A stretch of 38,274 bases of DNA, taken from positions 1-38,274 of the forward strand of contig CAYNYY010000006.1 in the NCBI GenBank assembly GCA_964401625.1, given 5' to 3'. This stretch comes from an uncultured Candidatus Saccharibacteria bacterium (GTDB lineage: Bacteria; Patescibacteriota; Minisyncoccia; Phycocordibacterales; UBA9973). Positions 36,997 to 38,274 of the stretch are shown here, in pieces. The notes beneath the pieces were generated by a model, which worked only from the letters and a program-made list of their open reading frames with translations, ran no database searches and was not told the origin of the DNA. Both the position numbers and the translations under genes were made by a program. Position 1 is the first letter of the stretch, and every line of letters starts with the position of its first letter.

Positions 36997-38274
36997 ATGG
37001 TAGAATCTAAATCAGAAAACAAAATATGTCAAAATTGTAAAAAAGACTTTAAAGGGAAAAAAATTACAGTCATGGGGCTGGGGCTTTTAGGTAGGGGAAT
37101 AGGCTACACTAAATTTTTAGCAGAGTGTGGTGTAGATTTGATAGTGACTGATTTGAAAAGTAAAGAGCAGTTAAAAACTTCAATTAATGCTCTTAGTAAA
37201 TATAAGAATATAAAATTTATTTTAGGTAAACATCGTTTAGAAGATTTTAAAGGTAGAGATATGATAATGAAAGCAGCTGGTGTTCCATCAGATTCTATCT
37301 ATTTAAAAGAAGCCAAGAAAAATAAAATTCCAATTAAGATGGATGTGTCACTTCTTATTGAATATGCTCCTAAAATAACAATAGTTGGGATAACAGGAAC
37401 AAGAGGAAAATCCATGACGACAGCCATTATTTATAAAATTCTAAAAGATAACAAAAAATTCTTAAAGAAAAACGTTTATCTTGGAGGAAATGTTCGTGGT
37501 GTAGCTACTCTACCTTTATTAAAAAAAATAAAAGAAGGAGACATTTTAATATGTGAATTAGATTCTTGGCAGTTACAAGGGTTTGGAGAAGCTAAAAATT
37601 CTCCTAATATTTCTGTTTTTACTACTTTTATGCCTGACCATATGAATTATTATAAAAATTCTATGAAAAAATATTTTAATGATAAAAGTAAAATTTTTAA
37701 ATACCAAACAAAATCTGATACATTGATTATTTGTCCAGGAATGAAAAAATTTATTAAATCAAAAGATGTAAAAGGAAAATTTATAATTATTGATAAAAAA
37801 AATATTATTGATTGGAAATTTAATATTCCAGGAGAACACAATCGAGAAAACTTGGCTTGTGCAGTTGAAGTTGCTAATCAATTTAAAATACCAGTTTCAA
37901 AAATAAAAAAGTCTGTAAAAGATTTTAAGGGGTTAGAAGGGCGACTCCAATTATTAAGAGTATATAAAGGAATTAAAATATATAATGATAATAATGCGAC
38001 AACTCCCGCCGCTACTATTGCAGGTATTAAAGCTTTAACTTTTTCTAGACCTAAGGTAGATGAGAAAAATATTATTTTAATTTGTGGTGGTTCGGATAAA
38101 AAACTTGAATTAAATGATTTAATTAAGACTATAAATAAAAATTGTAAAGCCATAGTGTTTATTTCAGGTGCGGGAACTGATAAGTTATTAGGTTTAAATT
38201 TAAAGATAGAAAATTATAAAACAAAAAACTTAAACAAGGCAATTAAAAAAGCAGTAGAGATTTCTCAAAGAGGT
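36997..38274 (+). CDS. murD: UDP-N-acetylmuramoyl-L-alanine--D-glutamate ligase, partial (runs off window; missing from ORF track)
   Basis: KITVMGLGLLGRG, GITGTRGKS, ELDSWQL, PDHMNYY, FKGLEGRL, YNDNNAT. Confidence 0.92.
   Translation, partial: MVESKSENKICQNCKKDFKGKKITVMGLGLLGRGIGYTKFLAECGVDLIVTDLKSKEQLKTSINALSKYKNIKFILGKHRLEDFKGRDMIMKAAGVPSDSIYLKEAKKNKIPIKMDVSLLIEYAPKITIVGITGTRGKSMTTAIIYKILKDNKKFLKKNVYLGGNVRGVATLPLLKKIKEGDILICELDSWQLQGFGEAKNSPNISVFTTFMPDHMNYYKNSMKKYFNDKSKIFKYQTKSDTLIICPGMKKFIKSKDVKGKFIIIDKKNIIDWKFNIPGEHNRENLACAVEVANQFKIPVSKIKKSVKDFKGLEGRLQLLRVYKGIKIYNDNNATTPAATIAGIKALTFSRPKVDEKNIILICGGSDKKLELNDLIKTINKNCKAIVFISGAGTDKLLGLNLKIENYKTKNLNKAIKKAVEISQRG

Noticed and set aside
5501-38153. 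Numerous 60-110 aa ORFs antisense or out of frame to identified genes
   Set aside because: Shadow ORFs of well-supported genes, including 37650-37841 and 37878-38153 opposite murD.
1-38274. CRISPR array, prophage, rRNA or TGA recoding
   Set aside because: No repeat-spacer arrays, phage structural genes or rRNA seen; TGA terminates lepA and long ORFs are intact under code 11.

Overview
AT-rich bacterial chromosome segment using standard code 11 (TGA is a stop). Gene content suggests Patescibacteria/CPR, probably Parcubacteria (inference from tandem VirD4/TraD-like ATPases, truncated ValS, HTH-MurA fusion and Shine-Dalgarno-less starts). Most of it is housekeeping: murA/B/D/E/J, alr, leuS, valS, lepA, ychF, miaA, tsaC, tsaD, rpmG, cmk, ahpC and six tRNAs (Ala, Leu, Trp, Gly, Arg, Phe). 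The most unusual feature is at the left end: a large serine recombinase gene enclosed by a 119-bp inverted repeat (49-167 / 1636-1754, one mismatch). One arm ends in the 3' end of tRNA-Ala and the other leads into an alternative in-frame C-terminal tail, so inverting the gene would swap its C-terminus and orientation while keeping the tRNA intact. Also present: a RAYT-type HUH transposase with flanking and dispersed REP-like hairpins, a structured mini-element duplicating the tRNA-Trp 3' end, in-frame palindromic insertions in tsaD, and widespread leaderless-type promoters. All calls are by eye, without database searches.
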